From Candidatus Daviesbacteria bacterium (GTDB lineage: Bacteria; Patescibacteriota; Microgenomatia; Daviesbacterales; UBA10151), in contig JACPDA010000004.1 in assembly GCA_016184225.1 (NCBI GenBank), forward strand, positions 538,763-602,762: a DNA stretch of 64,000 nucleotides. Reading direction: 5' to 3'. Below the pieces are notes generated by a model that was given only the letters and a program-made list of their open reading frames with translations, searched no databases and had not been told where the DNA came from. Shown here one piece after another: positions 1 through 9,224 of this stretch. Position numbers and translations under genes: made by a program. Within the stretch, counting starts at the first letter, position 1, and every line of letters begins with the position of its first letter.

Positions 1-40
1 GGTCTAGGGGATAGGGTTTTAGGGGATAGTGCAGTTAGCC

Positions 41-53
41 CACCTTCGAGGTG
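41..53. repeat. REP palindrome, CAC-N7-GTG family
   Basis: caccttcgaggtg, identical to the RAYT-flanking core. Confidence 0.8.
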
Positions 54-122
54 TTGTTAAATGGGTTGTGCAGAAGCAGTTGCAGGGGGACAATAAACCA
101 TCATTTTTGTTAAAATAGATGG

Positions 123-1355
123 GTGAGAGCAATTTTAAGACAAACATCCTGGCTTTTTTTTGCCCAGGTTCTAACCCGCGGTATTGGTTTTTTCTATATT
201 ATTTATTTGGCCAGGACTTTAGGGGTTTCTGATTTTGGTTTACTGACCGCTGCCCTGGCTTATTTTTCCATTCTTTCTTCTGTAGCTGATTTTGGCTTAA
301 ACAGGTTTCTAATCAGGGAAGTTGCAAGAGATAGATCAAAAGCGCCGGAGCTGCTTTGGAATGTTGCCATGTTAAGGGTGACTCTCACTTCAATCTTTTT
401 TGCTATTTTTTCCGTTATTCTTTATTTGCTTGACCCGGATAAAATGAGAGTTAGCCTGATCCTTTTGGCCGGTCTGGCAATTTTACCCCAGGCCATTGCT
501 TTTAGCTTTGACGCCGTTTTTGTAGCAGTTCAGAGATTACAATTTTCTGCCGCTGCACTTTTGGTTTCATCCTTGGCTACAGCCTTAGTTGGTTTGTATT
601 TGGTAGGGAAAGGTTTTGGCCCGTTGGGTGCCGTGAATGCTTTGATTATCGGACAAGTTGTATATGCGGCTATTTTAATTATTTTTCTAATAAAGAGAGA
701 AAGATTAGTTTTGTCGGCAATTAATTTAACCGAAATGAAAAAAATAGTAGTAGGATCCTTGCCTTATGGCCTGCTTAGCGTATTAGGTTTGCTTTATTTT
801 AGGATAGATGCCATTCTGCTTTCCTACTTAAGGGGGAATTTTGAAACGGGTCTATATGGGGCAGCTTACAGATTCCTGGAGGCTGTCACCTTTATTCCTT
901 CGGCATTTTCAATGGCACTGCTTCCGGTACTGGCCAGAGCGCATGAAACTTCTGCAAAAGATGTCAGGCAGTTATATTTTAAATCTTTTAAGATAATGTT
1001 AGGGTTGGGTTTGGTAGTGTTTTTGGGGTATGTTTTAGTTTTGCCTGAGATTATTAAAATTGTATTACCCAATTATTTATCATCAATTTTGGTAATCAAG
1101 ATTCTATCTTTGTCCATCCCTTTTATGTTTATCCATGTCCCGGCTGTTTCCGTGTTACTTTCCACAGATAAATATTTAAAGCATGTCTTAATTTTATCGA
1201 TGCTGGCTTTAACTTTTAATATAGCAGCCAACTTAGCCTTTATCCCCCGGTTTGGTTTTATAGCAGCCTCCTGGGTGACGGTGGCATCGGAAATTTTATC
1301 TTTTACTATCTTTTTTAGGTTGGTCAAGGTTAAAATATTGGATAAATCAAAATGA
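123..1355 (+). CDS. Polysaccharide flippase (Wzx/MATE-like)
   Basis: About 12 hydrophobic segments; N-terminal ARTLGVSDFG and DFGL motifs; RID..LLS..G...GLY.AA motif. Confidence 0.85.
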   Translation: MRAILRQTSWLFFAQVLTRGIGFFYIIYLARTLGVSDFGLLTAALAYFSILSSVADFGLNRFLIREVARDRSKAPELLWNVAMLRVTLTSIFFAIFSVILYLLDPDKMRVSLILLAGLAILPQAIAFSFDAVFVAVQRLQFSAAALLVSSLATALVGLYLVGKGFGPLGAVNALIIGQVVYAAILIIFLIKRERLVLSAINLTEMKKIVVGSLPYGLLSVLGLLYFRIDAILLSYLRGNFETGLYGAAYRFLEAVTFIPSAFSMALLPVLARAHETSAKDVRQLYFKSFKIMLGLGLVVFLGYVLVLPEIIKIVLPNYLSSILVIKILSLSIPFMFIHVPAVSVLLSTDKYLKHVLILSMLALTFNIAANLAFIPRFGFIAASWVTVASEILSFTIFFRLVKVKILDKSK

Positions 1356-2038
1356 GTGTTTATGAGCAAATTTTTAAAAAATACGGACTTTCCCCTACCC
1401 AGCAGAAAATCCTGGAAATAGTCGGTAAAGGAAAAAAAGTTTTAGAGATAGGGTCATCCACCGGTTATATGACCAGGGCTTTTTTGGAGCAGGGCTGTAT
1501 TGTTGATGTAGTGGAGTTTAACAAGCAGGCTGTTACTAAACTGCCAAAAAATGTCAGGAAAATATTTGATACTTCTATAGAAGATAGTGAAATTTACAAG
1601 AAACTGGGGGACTATGAATTTATAGTGATGGCAGATGTGCTGGAGCATCTGGTTAGACCTGAGAAAGTGTTAAAAGGGCTGGCAAGGATTGCTTCCTCCA
1701 ATACCAAGTTATTGATCTCGCTTCCTAATATTGCCAGCTGGGTTATGAGGAAACAGTTATTTTTTAGGGGAGATTTCCAGTATCAGGAGAGTGGACTTTT
1801 AGATAAGACCCATTTGCATTTTTATACTGTTAATACCTTGACAAAACTGCTTTCGAAAAATGGCTGGAAAGTCGGCACGGTTATAGGTACGATTACCCAA
1901 TTACCTTTTGAGGGATTGATTAGTAAAATACCGGTATTCGGGTGGATTTTTAAAAAGACGTTGTACCAAAAGTTAGTTGACCGGTATAGAAATTTGGCAT
2001 ATTATCATTTTTTGGTTGTTGCTCTTCAGAATGAATAA
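1352..2038 (+). CDS. Class I SAM-dependent methyltransferase
   Basis: VLEIGSSTG motif I, ADVLEHL, ISLPN, GLLDKTHL. Confidence 0.85.
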   Translation: MSVYEQIFKKYGLSPTQQKILEIVGKGKKVLEIGSSTGYMTRAFLEQGCIVDVVEFNKQAVTKLPKNVRKIFDTSIEDSEIYKKLGDYEFIVMADVLEHLVRPEKVLKGLARIASSNTKLLISLPNIASWVMRKQLFFRGDFQYQESGLLDKTHLHFYTVNTLTKLLSKNGWKVGTVIGTITQLPFEGLISKIPVFGWIFKKTLYQKLVDRYRNLAYYHFLVVALQNE

Positions 2039-3023
2039 AATACAAACCTCAGTAATTATTCCAAATTGGAACGGACGTAAGTTGCTGGAAGATTGTTTCA
2101 ATTCATTAGCTGAACAAACTTTTGAAGACTTTGAAATAATTTTGGTTGATAACGGGTCAACAGATAATTCACTGGAATATGTTAAAAATCATTTTCCCCG
2201 GGTCAGAGTAATTTCTTTAGGGAAAAATTTTGGGTTTGCCAGGGCTATCAATGAAGGGGTTAGGGCATCAAATGCGGAATATGTGGTCTTTTTAAATAAT
2301 GATACCAGTGTTGATAAAAAGTTCCTGGAAGAATTGGTTGAATGTGCTGATTCCCATCCTGAGGTCGTTTCCGTTAATTCAAAACTGCTAAATTTTTATG
2401 ACAAAGAATTGATAGATGGTGTGGGAATTTTAATAAATGAAGTTGGACAGGCCAGATCAATAGGTTGGCGGGAAAAGGATAAGGGGCAGTACGATAGCGA
2501 GCAATATATTTTTGGGGCAACAGGCGGAGCGTCTCTTTTTAGAAGAGAAGATTTTATTAAGGTAGGTCTGCCGGCTGGCGGATTTGATGAAAAATATTTT
2601 TTGTACTCGGAAGAAGTTGACTTTGCCTTTCGAGCCCAGTTTTTAGGGTACAAGTCAATCTATTGCCCTCAGGCAATTGTTTACCATAAACATAAAGCAA
2701 CCTCTAGGAAATTGCCTGCCCATATCGAGTATTGGCAATTTAGGAATATGACCCAAACTATTATTAAGGATTTTCCGGCCGGTATTTTATTTAAAAATTG
2801 GCGGTGGTTAAAAATAATTTTAGTGCACATAAATACTATTTTTTACCAACTAAAAAACGGATTTTGGTGGCCTCCATTTTCAGCAGACCTTTGGATTTTG
2901 TTCCACTTGCCACAACTTCTCCATGAGAGAAAAAGGATTCAGTCAAGCAGGAAAGTGAGTGATGAATATATAGAAAGTTTTTTGACAGAGAAGAAAGTTA
3001 CTTTTTGGGGCTTATGGAAATGA
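2031..3023 (+). CDS. Family 2 glycosyltransferase
   Basis: SVIIPNWNG, VDNGSTD, NFGFA, FLNND, GFDE.YF.YSEEVD; start moved to ATG 2031, which overlaps the previous stop. Confidence 0.9.
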   Translation: MNKIQTSVIIPNWNGRKLLEDCFNSLAEQTFEDFEIILVDNGSTDNSLEYVKNHFPRVRVISLGKNFGFARAINEGVRASNAEYVVFLNNDTSVDKKFLEELVECADSHPEVVSVNSKLLNFYDKELIDGVGILINEVGQARSIGWREKDKGQYDSEQYIFGATGGASLFRREDFIKVGLPAGGFDEKYFLYSEEVDFAFRAQFLGYKSIYCPQAIVYHKHKATSRKLPAHIEYWQFRNMTQTIIKDFPAGILFKNWRWLKIILVHINTIFYQLKNGFWWPPFSADLWILFHLPQLLHERKRIQSSRKVSDEYIESFLTEKKVTFWGLWK

Positions 3024-4167
3024 GTAATATCCAAGCCAGTATCGGCGGATAAAAAAGGCTGTTGGCAAAAAGGGAGTGGATCAGGAGCCCGGCAAGTCCG
3101 GTAATTAAATATAAATTTTTCCCATCTGAGGATTTGAAGATAGTCCAGAGAAAATACAGATAAGCCACTAGTCCCAAAATGCCGGTGGTTGATGCAACAA
3201 ATAGTAGGGAGGAGTCATTGCTTGATGAACCGTGGCTTTGTAAAAATTGTTCATCCCCCAGTTGATATTTTTTTAAGGCATACCGGTAACTGTTAAAGCC
3301 TACCCCTAAAATTGGATTAGATTTAAAAAGTATTAAGCCTTGTTGCCAGGTGTTGACCCGGGAGGAGGCTGATTGGGCCCGGTCAATGTTGCGGGGGGTG
3401 GTTACCAGTTGACTATAAATTTGAAATCCTAATAACAGGATGACAAAAAGTATTATGGTGGAAAGAAAGTATAGTCTGGATTTTTTTAAAAAAGAAAGAG
3501 TCATGCCGCTTATTAAAAACATTAAATAACTGGATCTGGAAAAGGTAGTTAAAAGGGCAAAGTAGGTAATGGTAAAAAAAATACAAAAAACCCTAGGTGT
3601 CCTACCTGGGCCACCTCCCAGGTGGGATTGGATAAGAAGAATTAAAGTTAAGGTTAGAACCAAGAAAGCGCCGGCGAAGTTAGGATCCAAAAAAGTTGAA
3701 ACAGTCCTAAAGTAGTGGGGGTCCCATCCGGCTATGGTTAAGAAATTCAAATCAGGAAAAAATATAAACTGCAAAAGCCCCAGGGTTGCAAAGGAAATCC
3801 CGGAAAGTAAAAAAACTTTACCCAAATTCTTTCGCAGATCACCAAAGGCGTCGGAAAAGATGAGCCAGGCAAAAAAGACATAGAGGAAGAGTCTGACAGT
3901 ATAAGAAAAACTTAAAAGATATTCAGAAAGGGTTAGGCGTAAAGGGGTAAGGAGTAATGAAATAACTGCAATGAAAATAAAAATAAAAGCCGCAATAATT
4001 TGAGGAGGAGGTTTTTGAAGATGAAACCTTTGCTTTAAAAACCCCACCATACAAAATAAAGCAACGGTAATATCTAAAGCTGTTACGCCGTGTGTTCCTA
4101 TAGGTATCCTGATTAATTGACCGGCTGCAGTGGCAAATGCTAGAATCGAAATCAAAGATAAAGTCAT
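2998..4167 (-). CDS. O-antigen ligase/polymerase-family membrane protein
   Basis: R..STFLDPN, TFSRS, PILGVGF motifs; many transmembrane segments. Confidence 0.8.
   Translation of the reverse strand: MTLSLISILAFATAAGQLIRIPIGTHGVTALDITVALFCMVGFLKQRFHLQKPPPQIIAAFIFIFIAVISLLLTPLRLTLSEYLLSFSYTVRLFLYVFFAWLIFSDAFGDLRKNLGKVFLLSGISFATLGLLQFIFFPDLNFLTIAGWDPHYFRTVSTFLDPNFAGAFLVLTLTLILLIQSHLGGGPGRTPRVFCIFFTITYFALLTTFSRSSYLMFLISGMTLSFLKKSRLYFLSTIILFVILLLGFQIYSQLVTTPRNIDRAQSASSRVNTWQQGLILFKSNPILGVGFNSYRYALKKYQLGDEQFLQSHGSSSNDSSLLFVASTTGILGLVAYLYFLWTIFKSSDGKNLYLITGLAGLLIHSLFANSLFYPPILAWILLISISPKK
3592..3626. repeat. REP (half plus full unit), in frame in the O-antigen ligase gene
   Basis: cctaggtgtc-N9-ccacctcccaggtggg; same layout as 9173-9207. 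Confidence 0.8.
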
Positions 4168-4168
4168 T

Positions 4169-5230
4169 ATGAAATTATATTCTAATATAAATTATTTTTT
4201 TGTTATTTGGTTGGCAGTGATACTTTTAAGTTTTTATTTAGGCTTTTCCACTTTACCACATTCCGGAAAATTTGATAACAATTTTTGGGCAAGTTTTTCT
4301 AATTGGGACGGCGGGCATTACTTGGGGATTGCCAAAGAGGGTTACAGTGAAAAATTCCAGTATGCATTTTTCCCTCTTTACTCCTTGGTGATTAAGTTAC
4401 TCAACCTTCTAATCCAGAATTATTTAGCAGCAGCGATTTTAATAAGTTTAATATCAACTTTTTTAGGGCTGCATATTTTGTATAAGTTAGTTGCCGCGGA
4501 TTTTGGAAGAAAAATTGCCGGGAAAACAGCGCTGGCTTTTTTGTTTTTTCCAACGTCCTTTTTCTTATTGGTTGTCTATTCTGAAGGGTTATTCTTTTTT
4601 CTGACAGTTTTAACATTTTATTTTTTAAGGCAGAATAAATTATTTTGGGCTACGGTTATTGTTGCCTTGGTTTCTGCCACCAGGCTGGTGGGCTTGGCAG
4701 TAGTGGTAGCTTTATGGATTGATGTTTTAACAAGGCAGGGATTAAACAGAAAGAATTGGTATATTTTATTTGCCCCTTTAGGGTTTATTGCCTACAGCAT
4801 TTTTCTATATAACCAAACAGGGGATCCCTTTTACTTTATAACTGCTGAAAACTATTGGCAAAGGTCGTTGACTACTCCGGGGGCCGGATTTTGGGAAACG
4901 CTAAAGAGTATTATTAACGGGGGACTACCGGCCTTAAATTTCAAGGTGTTTTTGGATTTAATTTTTGCCATATTCGGAGTCGGTTTTGCCATCCGGGCTT
5001 TCCGGTTTTTGGCACCTTCTTTTGCAATCTATAGTTTATTATCAGTTAGTATTCCGCTTTTTACCCCGACGCTTTCTTCTATGCCGAGATTTTTGCTACC
5101 CGTATTTCCGCTGTTTATTTTGGTGGCCCTGATTAAAAATTCTTATCTGCAACTTGCTTTCCAGATGTTTTTCCTGATGTGGCTGGGAATTTTTACTGCA
5201 CTTTTTGCCGCCGGTTATTGGGTATCTTAG
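4169..5230 (+). CDS. GT-C mannosyltransferase (PIG-V-like)
   Basis: NWDGGHYL.IA..GY, AFFPLY, FFPTSFF...YSE, SMPRF; start moved to ATG 4169. Confidence 0.8.
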   Translation: MKLYSNINYFFVIWLAVILLSFYLGFSTLPHSGKFDNNFWASFSNWDGGHYLGIAKEGYSEKFQYAFFPLYSLVIKLLNLLIQNYLAAAILISLISTFLGLHILYKLVAADFGRKIAGKTALAFLFFPTSFFLLVVYSEGLFFFLTVLTFYFLRQNKLFWATVIVALVSATRLVGLAVVVALWIDVLTRQGLNRKNWYILFAPLGFIAYSIFLYNQTGDPFYFITAENYWQRSLTTPGAGFWETLKSIINGGLPALNFKVFLDLIFAIFGVGFAIRAFRFLAPSFAIYSLLSVSIPLFTPTLSSMPRFLLPVFPLFILVALIKNSYLQLAFQMFFLMWLGIFTALFAAGYWVS

Positions 5231-5233
5231 GTC

Positions 5234-5965
5234 TTAAAGAGTGTAGGTAACTCTTCTTTGTTCCTCGGAAGTATTAGAGGCTTTGTCTACGGCTTTGATG
5301 GAAATAATATTGTCCCCTTCATTTAAGGGTTGTTCTAGGGCGAAATTGCCTTCCGAGTTGACAATAACCTGAGTGCCGCTTACAAAAACACTGGCACCTG
5401 GTTCTGTCTTGCCTGAGACTTTTACTTTCTTGTCTCCGCCCTGGATTTTTTTGTTATCCTCCGGTTCGCTGATACTCAATGCTGGTTTTTCATTATCAAA
5501 AATAAGTTTTATTAATTTGGAAGGCAAGCTTTCGTTTTTCTTTTCATCCAAGGTTTTTCCATAGATATTATTGGTGCCTAAGTTTAAGGAAACTTCTTTA
5601 AAAATGAAGCTGCCATCAGGGGCAGAGGCAACAATATCTTTGGGTTCATCATCTACATAAAGCCGGACTTTTGAGTTTGGGGATGTAAAACCTTTAATAT
5701 CTATTTGGGAAGAGGCGGTTGCTTCATAAGGGATATTCAATACCGGTGGAGCCAGAGTTAAATTATCGTTTAAGCTAGATTCAGATTTTTTGGCAGGATT
5801 CAGGATGTTTGTAAGAAAACCAAGACCGCCTATAAAGTTGGGTAAAATCCAGGTTAGGGTAAAATAAGAAAGGATAACTACTAAGATTATAGTTATCAGG
5901 AATTTCCGCCTGCTTTTACGGGCTAACCTCCTGACGGATCTTCTGGAATGATACCTGTATGCCAT
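5234..5965 (-). CDS. Membrane-anchored protein with two Ig-like domains
   Basis: Basic N-terminus plus TM helix; L..G.N.I repeats, AVDKASN. Confidence 0.7.
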   Translation of the reverse strand: MAYRYHSRRSVRRLARKSRRKFLITIILVVILSYFTLTWILPNFIGGLGFLTNILNPAKKSESSLNDNLTLAPPVLNIPYEATASSQIDIKGFTSPNSKVRLYVDDEPKDIVASAPDGSFIFKEVSLNLGTNNIYGKTLDEKKNESLPSKLIKLIFDNEKPALSISEPEDNKKIQGGDKKVKVSGKTEPGASVFVSGTQVIVNSEGNFALEQPLNEGDNIISIKAVDKASNTSEEQRRVTYTL

Positions 5966-6009
5966 AGCAGTCTAAAGTATACCAAAATCTGGTAAAATGT
6001 GGTTTGTTT

Positions 6010-6080
6010 GCGGGGTTAGTACACCGGTAGTATGCCACCTTCCCAAGGTGGAGAAGCGAGTTCAATTCTCGTACCCCGCT
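6010..6080 (+). tRNA. tRNA-Gly(CCC)
   Basis: Acceptor gcggggt/accccgc, anticodon arm ccacc-ttcccaa-ggtgg, T arm gcgag-ttcaatt-ctcgt. Confidence 0.92.
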
Positions 6081-6159
6081 CATCGCCTCGTCTTTTTGAA
6101 CTTTGGTATAAAGAAGAATTTTCCAACAACTATGAAGCTTTTATGGAGAAGAAAATATC

Positions 6160-6879
6160 TTAAAATATCAAGTCGTAAATGAACTTGATTCCTATAAGCA
6201 GTATTGCTATTAAAATTACTTTTTTAAATTTAGCCTGCGGTATTTTTTGAAGAAGTTGCTTTCCTGTAAATGATCCTGTAAGTGCAAGGACAAGTAGTAT
6301 AGGTAAATACCAGTAATACTTACTGTTAAGGAATCCTTGACTAAAGTAGATAGGTATTCGCGTGATGTCAACGGCAAGAGCGATTGCAGCAGCAGTAGCA
6401 ATATATTTCTCTTTTGGGAGATTAAACCCAACAAGGAAAGCCGCTCTTAGAGGCCCACCTGTGCCAATAAGTCCTGCAAGAAAGCCAGATATAGCTCCTC
6501 CTATAATTGAAATGATGGCAGAACCTCGCATAGAAAAATTCTCTTTCCATAATGAAAATAGCGCATAGATAGCGAGAAATAATCCTAACATGCCTTTGAG
6601 TATGTCTTGGGATATGTAGGCTACAAGCATTGCTCCAACAAGAGTGAAGATAACGCTTGGCAAGCCAAATTTTATAAGTAAAGTTTTATCTAAACCTGTT
6701 TTAAAAAAACTTATCCTTCCAATATTGCCGATAATATGGAAAAAGGCAACCAAAACCAAGGCAGTACGAAAGTCAAAAAACAGTAGTGCAAGAGGAAGAA
6801 ATATAGTTGACGAACCGAAGCCAGCCATTGTTCCAATAATTTCCGCTAGAAATGCAAAGAAGAAAAATAGAAGATTCAC
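6160..6879 (-). CDS. TauE/SafE family (sulfite exporter-like) permease
   Basis: AGFGSS..FLP and GFLAGLIGTGGP repeats; about 8 TM segments. Confidence 0.85.
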   Translation of the reverse strand: MNLLFFFFAFLAEIIGTMAGFGSSTIFLPLALLFFDFRTALVLVAFFHIIGNIGRISFFKTGLDKTLLIKFGLPSVIFTLVGAMLVAYISQDILKGMLGLFLAIYALFSLWKENFSMRGSAIISIIGGAISGFLAGLIGTGGPLRAAFLVGFNLPKEKYIATAAAIALAVDITRIPIYFSQGFLNSKYYWYLPILLVLALTGSFTGKQLLQKIPQAKFKKVILIAILLIGIKFIYDLIF

Positions 6880-6910
6880 TTATTTAGTTTAGCATAGGTG
6901 ATAACAAAAA

Positions 6911-8431
6911 TTATTGGGTTTTGAAGATATAGGTAGTGAAGCCGCCGGATTTTAGGATTGTGGCATCTTTGGTATCGAAGCTTACCGGCACCCTGGATTC
7001 GGAAAAGATGACAGTATATTTGATTGGTTTGTTAGTTATTTCAGATTGATATAACCAACCCATGCCCTGATCTGAGTCACTTCTTTCCGGTTTTTTGCCG
7101 TTTACTATGAATAGATATCTCCAGCCTTCATAAAAGTGACACAGTCCGGTTTGTTTAAGCTCAAATGGTTCATTGTTTATATAGGTGATTACCTGTTTAA
7201 TCAAGGAATTTTTCACTCCCAGGCCGAATTCCGGTTTATTGGTTAGAACAGTATAGGTTCCGAGAATAGCTGCTAAGAAAACTACCAAAATGATCGTCGG
7301 CTTAAATCTGGTAAAGTAATCTGTCAATATCCCAGGCAGAAACATTAACAGCGGGAATACTCCCAAAAGGTAATATTCAAAAGCTCCGCCGGGAAAAAGT
7401 AAAAATGCTGCCATCAATGTAATTAAAAATAAAGCCAGCAGAGTATGGGCATCTTTTTTCCAGGTTTTTCTATTAATTAGGAAAAGAAGTAAGAAAGCTA
7501 ACCCTATTAGTGATAGCCAAACAGGAGGGGTAAACCTTTGGGAAATGCCGGCTACTTTTGGATTGCCTATTCTGGAGCTATCAGTACAGGAGGTGATGAC
7601 CTCGTCGGCATTGACACTGGGAGCTTGTATAAACCACACTCTGCCCAGCACTTGGAATAAAGCCGGTAAATGCTGGCCGGGGTTGACTTGGTTTCTATAG
7701 TCAGCGGTAATTTCCTTATATCTTAGTGGAGTGGTGATATTTGAGCCTTTATGAAAATAATCAAAAGCAATGAGAGGTGCCAGCATTATTAGAAAGGTGG
7801 CTAAGGATAAAAGTATGATTTTCCCTGATGGTCTGATTTTTTGTCTAACCAGCCAATAGCCGGCTATAAATATCACCGGGATCAGGGAAAGATGCGTATG
7901 GAAAACCAGGCCATAACTGGCGGCAAACAAAATTAACCATCCGGGATTTTGCTTTGTCTTAAAAAGAGACAGTAATAGAAGAAGAGATAAAAGGGGAATT
8001 AAGGTAGGGTTCCAGTATTTTTGGTCAAAAAAGACCATTAAAGGAAGGGTGGCATAAAGCAAACCTGCAAAAAGACCGGTCTTCCTTCCAAAAAGAGAAC
8101 TGCCTGTTAGAATGATTAGTAGGGTTGTTAAAACACCTATAGCTGATGAAACATAGCCGGTGATTAAGGGGTTTCCCTGGGAGAGCCATAACCAAAAAGC
8201 AGAAAAGTAAGTCCAGTAAGGACCAAGGTAAAAGCCTAAGTGGGCTGCATTTACTCCCACCCAGATAATATGAAAGTCTTTAACTAAGCTTTGGGCCAGA
8301 GTAGCCTGATATTCTTCATCTCCGGCAAAGATGAAACTATTGGGCAGGTTATAAAAACGCAGGGATGCGGAAATAATAAGAATCAGGAGAATACTGATTT
8401 TTAGCTTGGAAAACCTAGAAATTTTAAACAT
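6911..8431 (-). CDS. ArnT/PMT-like GT-C glycosyltransferase
   Basis: LRFYNL...F..DE, GPYW.Y, WNP motifs; start moved to ATG 8431 because the longer ORF overlaps tRNA-Thr. Confidence 0.8.
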   Translation of the reverse strand: MFKISRFSKLKISILLILIISASLRFYNLPNSFIFAGDEEYQATLAQSLVKDFHIIWVGVNAAHLGFYLGPYWTYFSAFWLWLSQGNPLITGYVSSAIGVLTTLLIILTGSSLFGRKTGLFAGLLYATLPLMVFFDQKYWNPTLIPLLSLLLLLSLFKTKQNPGWLILFAASYGLVFHTHLSLIPVIFIAGYWLVRQKIRPSGKIILLSLATFLIMLAPLIAFDYFHKGSNITTPLRYKEITADYRNQVNPGQHLPALFQVLGRVWFIQAPSVNADEVITSCTDSSRIGNPKVAGISQRFTPPVWLSLIGLAFLLLFLINRKTWKKDAHTLLALFLITLMAAFLLFPGGAFEYYLLGVFPLLMFLPGILTDYFTRFKPTIILVVFLAAILGTYTVLTNKPEFGLGVKNSLIKQVITYINNEPFELKQTGLCHFYEGWRYLFIVNGKKPERSDSDQGMGWLYQSEITNKPIKYTVIFSESRVPVSFDTKDATILKSGGFTTYIFKTQ

Positions 8432-8484
8432 AAGCAATATTATATATGCTTTTTTGTTAAAATATGTGCAGTACAGATTGTTAA

Positions 8485-8560
8485 GCCGAAGTAGCTCAGT
8501 TGGTAGAGCGGCGGTATCGTAAACCGTAGGTCGTGGGTTCAAATCCCACCTTCGGCTCCA
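8485..8560 (+). tRNA. tRNA-Thr(CGT)
   Basis: Acceptor gccgaag/cttcggc, loop atcgtaa, T arm gtggg-ttcaaat-cccac, encoded CCA. Confidence 0.92.
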
Positions 8561-8659
8561 AGTTGGTCAGAAGAGCGACGGTTCGTTCATAGTCGTATGA
8601 CTATGCTTTGCGAAGCAAAGTCCCGTCCACCGGCTCATTGATGACATGAGCTACTTTTT

Positions 8660-8947
8660 TTATGCTGAAATAATTTTCTGTTCGATTTTCTCTACTCTAT
8701 TTTCTAACTTATCATATTCTTCTCTAGTTGGAGTATCGTCTTCCAGATACGCAAGTTGCTTGCCTATCTTATCAATTCTCTCATGGGTACCATCAATACG
8801 TCTATTAACCTCTTCAAAACGTTTATTAACCTCTTCAAACCCTTTGTCTACTTTTCTCTCCAGCTTACCAACTTTCTCTAGTACTTCTTGTCTGAAGGAG
8901 CTTTGGCCGTTTATAATAGCCTGAAGCATTTTATGTGTATCATTCAT
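8660..8947 (-). CDS. Small coiled-coil hypothetical protein
   Basis: Heptad repeats (FEEVNKR FEEVNRR); TAAACT 6 nt upstream of ATG. Confidence 0.7.
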   Translation of the reverse strand: MNDTHKMLQAIINGQSSFRQEVLEKVGKLERKVDKGFEEVNKRFEEVNRRIDGTHERIDKIGKQLAYLEDDTPTREEYDKLENRVEKIEQKIISA

Positions 8948-9015
8948 AGTTTCAGTTTATATCAACAAGTTTGCTATTTCAATGGATACTTTGTAGTACA
9001 ATTTAAATCAATTTG

Positions 9016-9168
9016 GTGATAAAGACTGCAAAACAATTTATAACAGAATTTACAAAATGGGCTGAAAGCCAGAAGGAAATTTTGGCTGTTTTATTAGTTG
9101 GTTCATATGCCAGAGATGATGTCGGAGGAGAAAGGCATTTAATAATTCTGGCAGAGAAAATACAGTAA
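9016..9168 (+). pseudogene. N-terminal fragment of a nucleotidyltransferase
   Basis: Translates VIKTAKQFITEFTKWAESQKEILAVLLVGSYARDD.. (hGSxAR motif) and stops after 50 codons without the DxD motif. Confidence 0.55.
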
Positions 9169-9172
9169 ATTT

Positions 9173-9207
9173 CCTAGGTGTCAATAGAAATCCACCTCCC
9201 AGGTGGG
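9173..9207. repeat. REP (half plus full unit), intergenic
   Basis: cctaggtgtc-N9-ccacctcccaggtggg. Confidence 0.8.
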
Positions 9208-9224
9208 CAAGTAGACATACCTAT

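Noticed and set aside
6035-6051. tRNA-Gly anticodon arm ccaccttcccaaggtgg resembles the REP ccacctcccaggtgg
   Set aside because: It is a normal 5-bp stem with a 7-nt loop required by the tRNA; the REP loop is 2 nt shorter, so probably coincidence.
5997-6182. 61-aa ORF
   Set aside because: Overlaps tRNA-Gly; no protein features.
8432-8542. N-terminal extension of the ArnT-like ORF
   Set aside because: Antisense to tRNA-Thr; ATG 8431 fits better.
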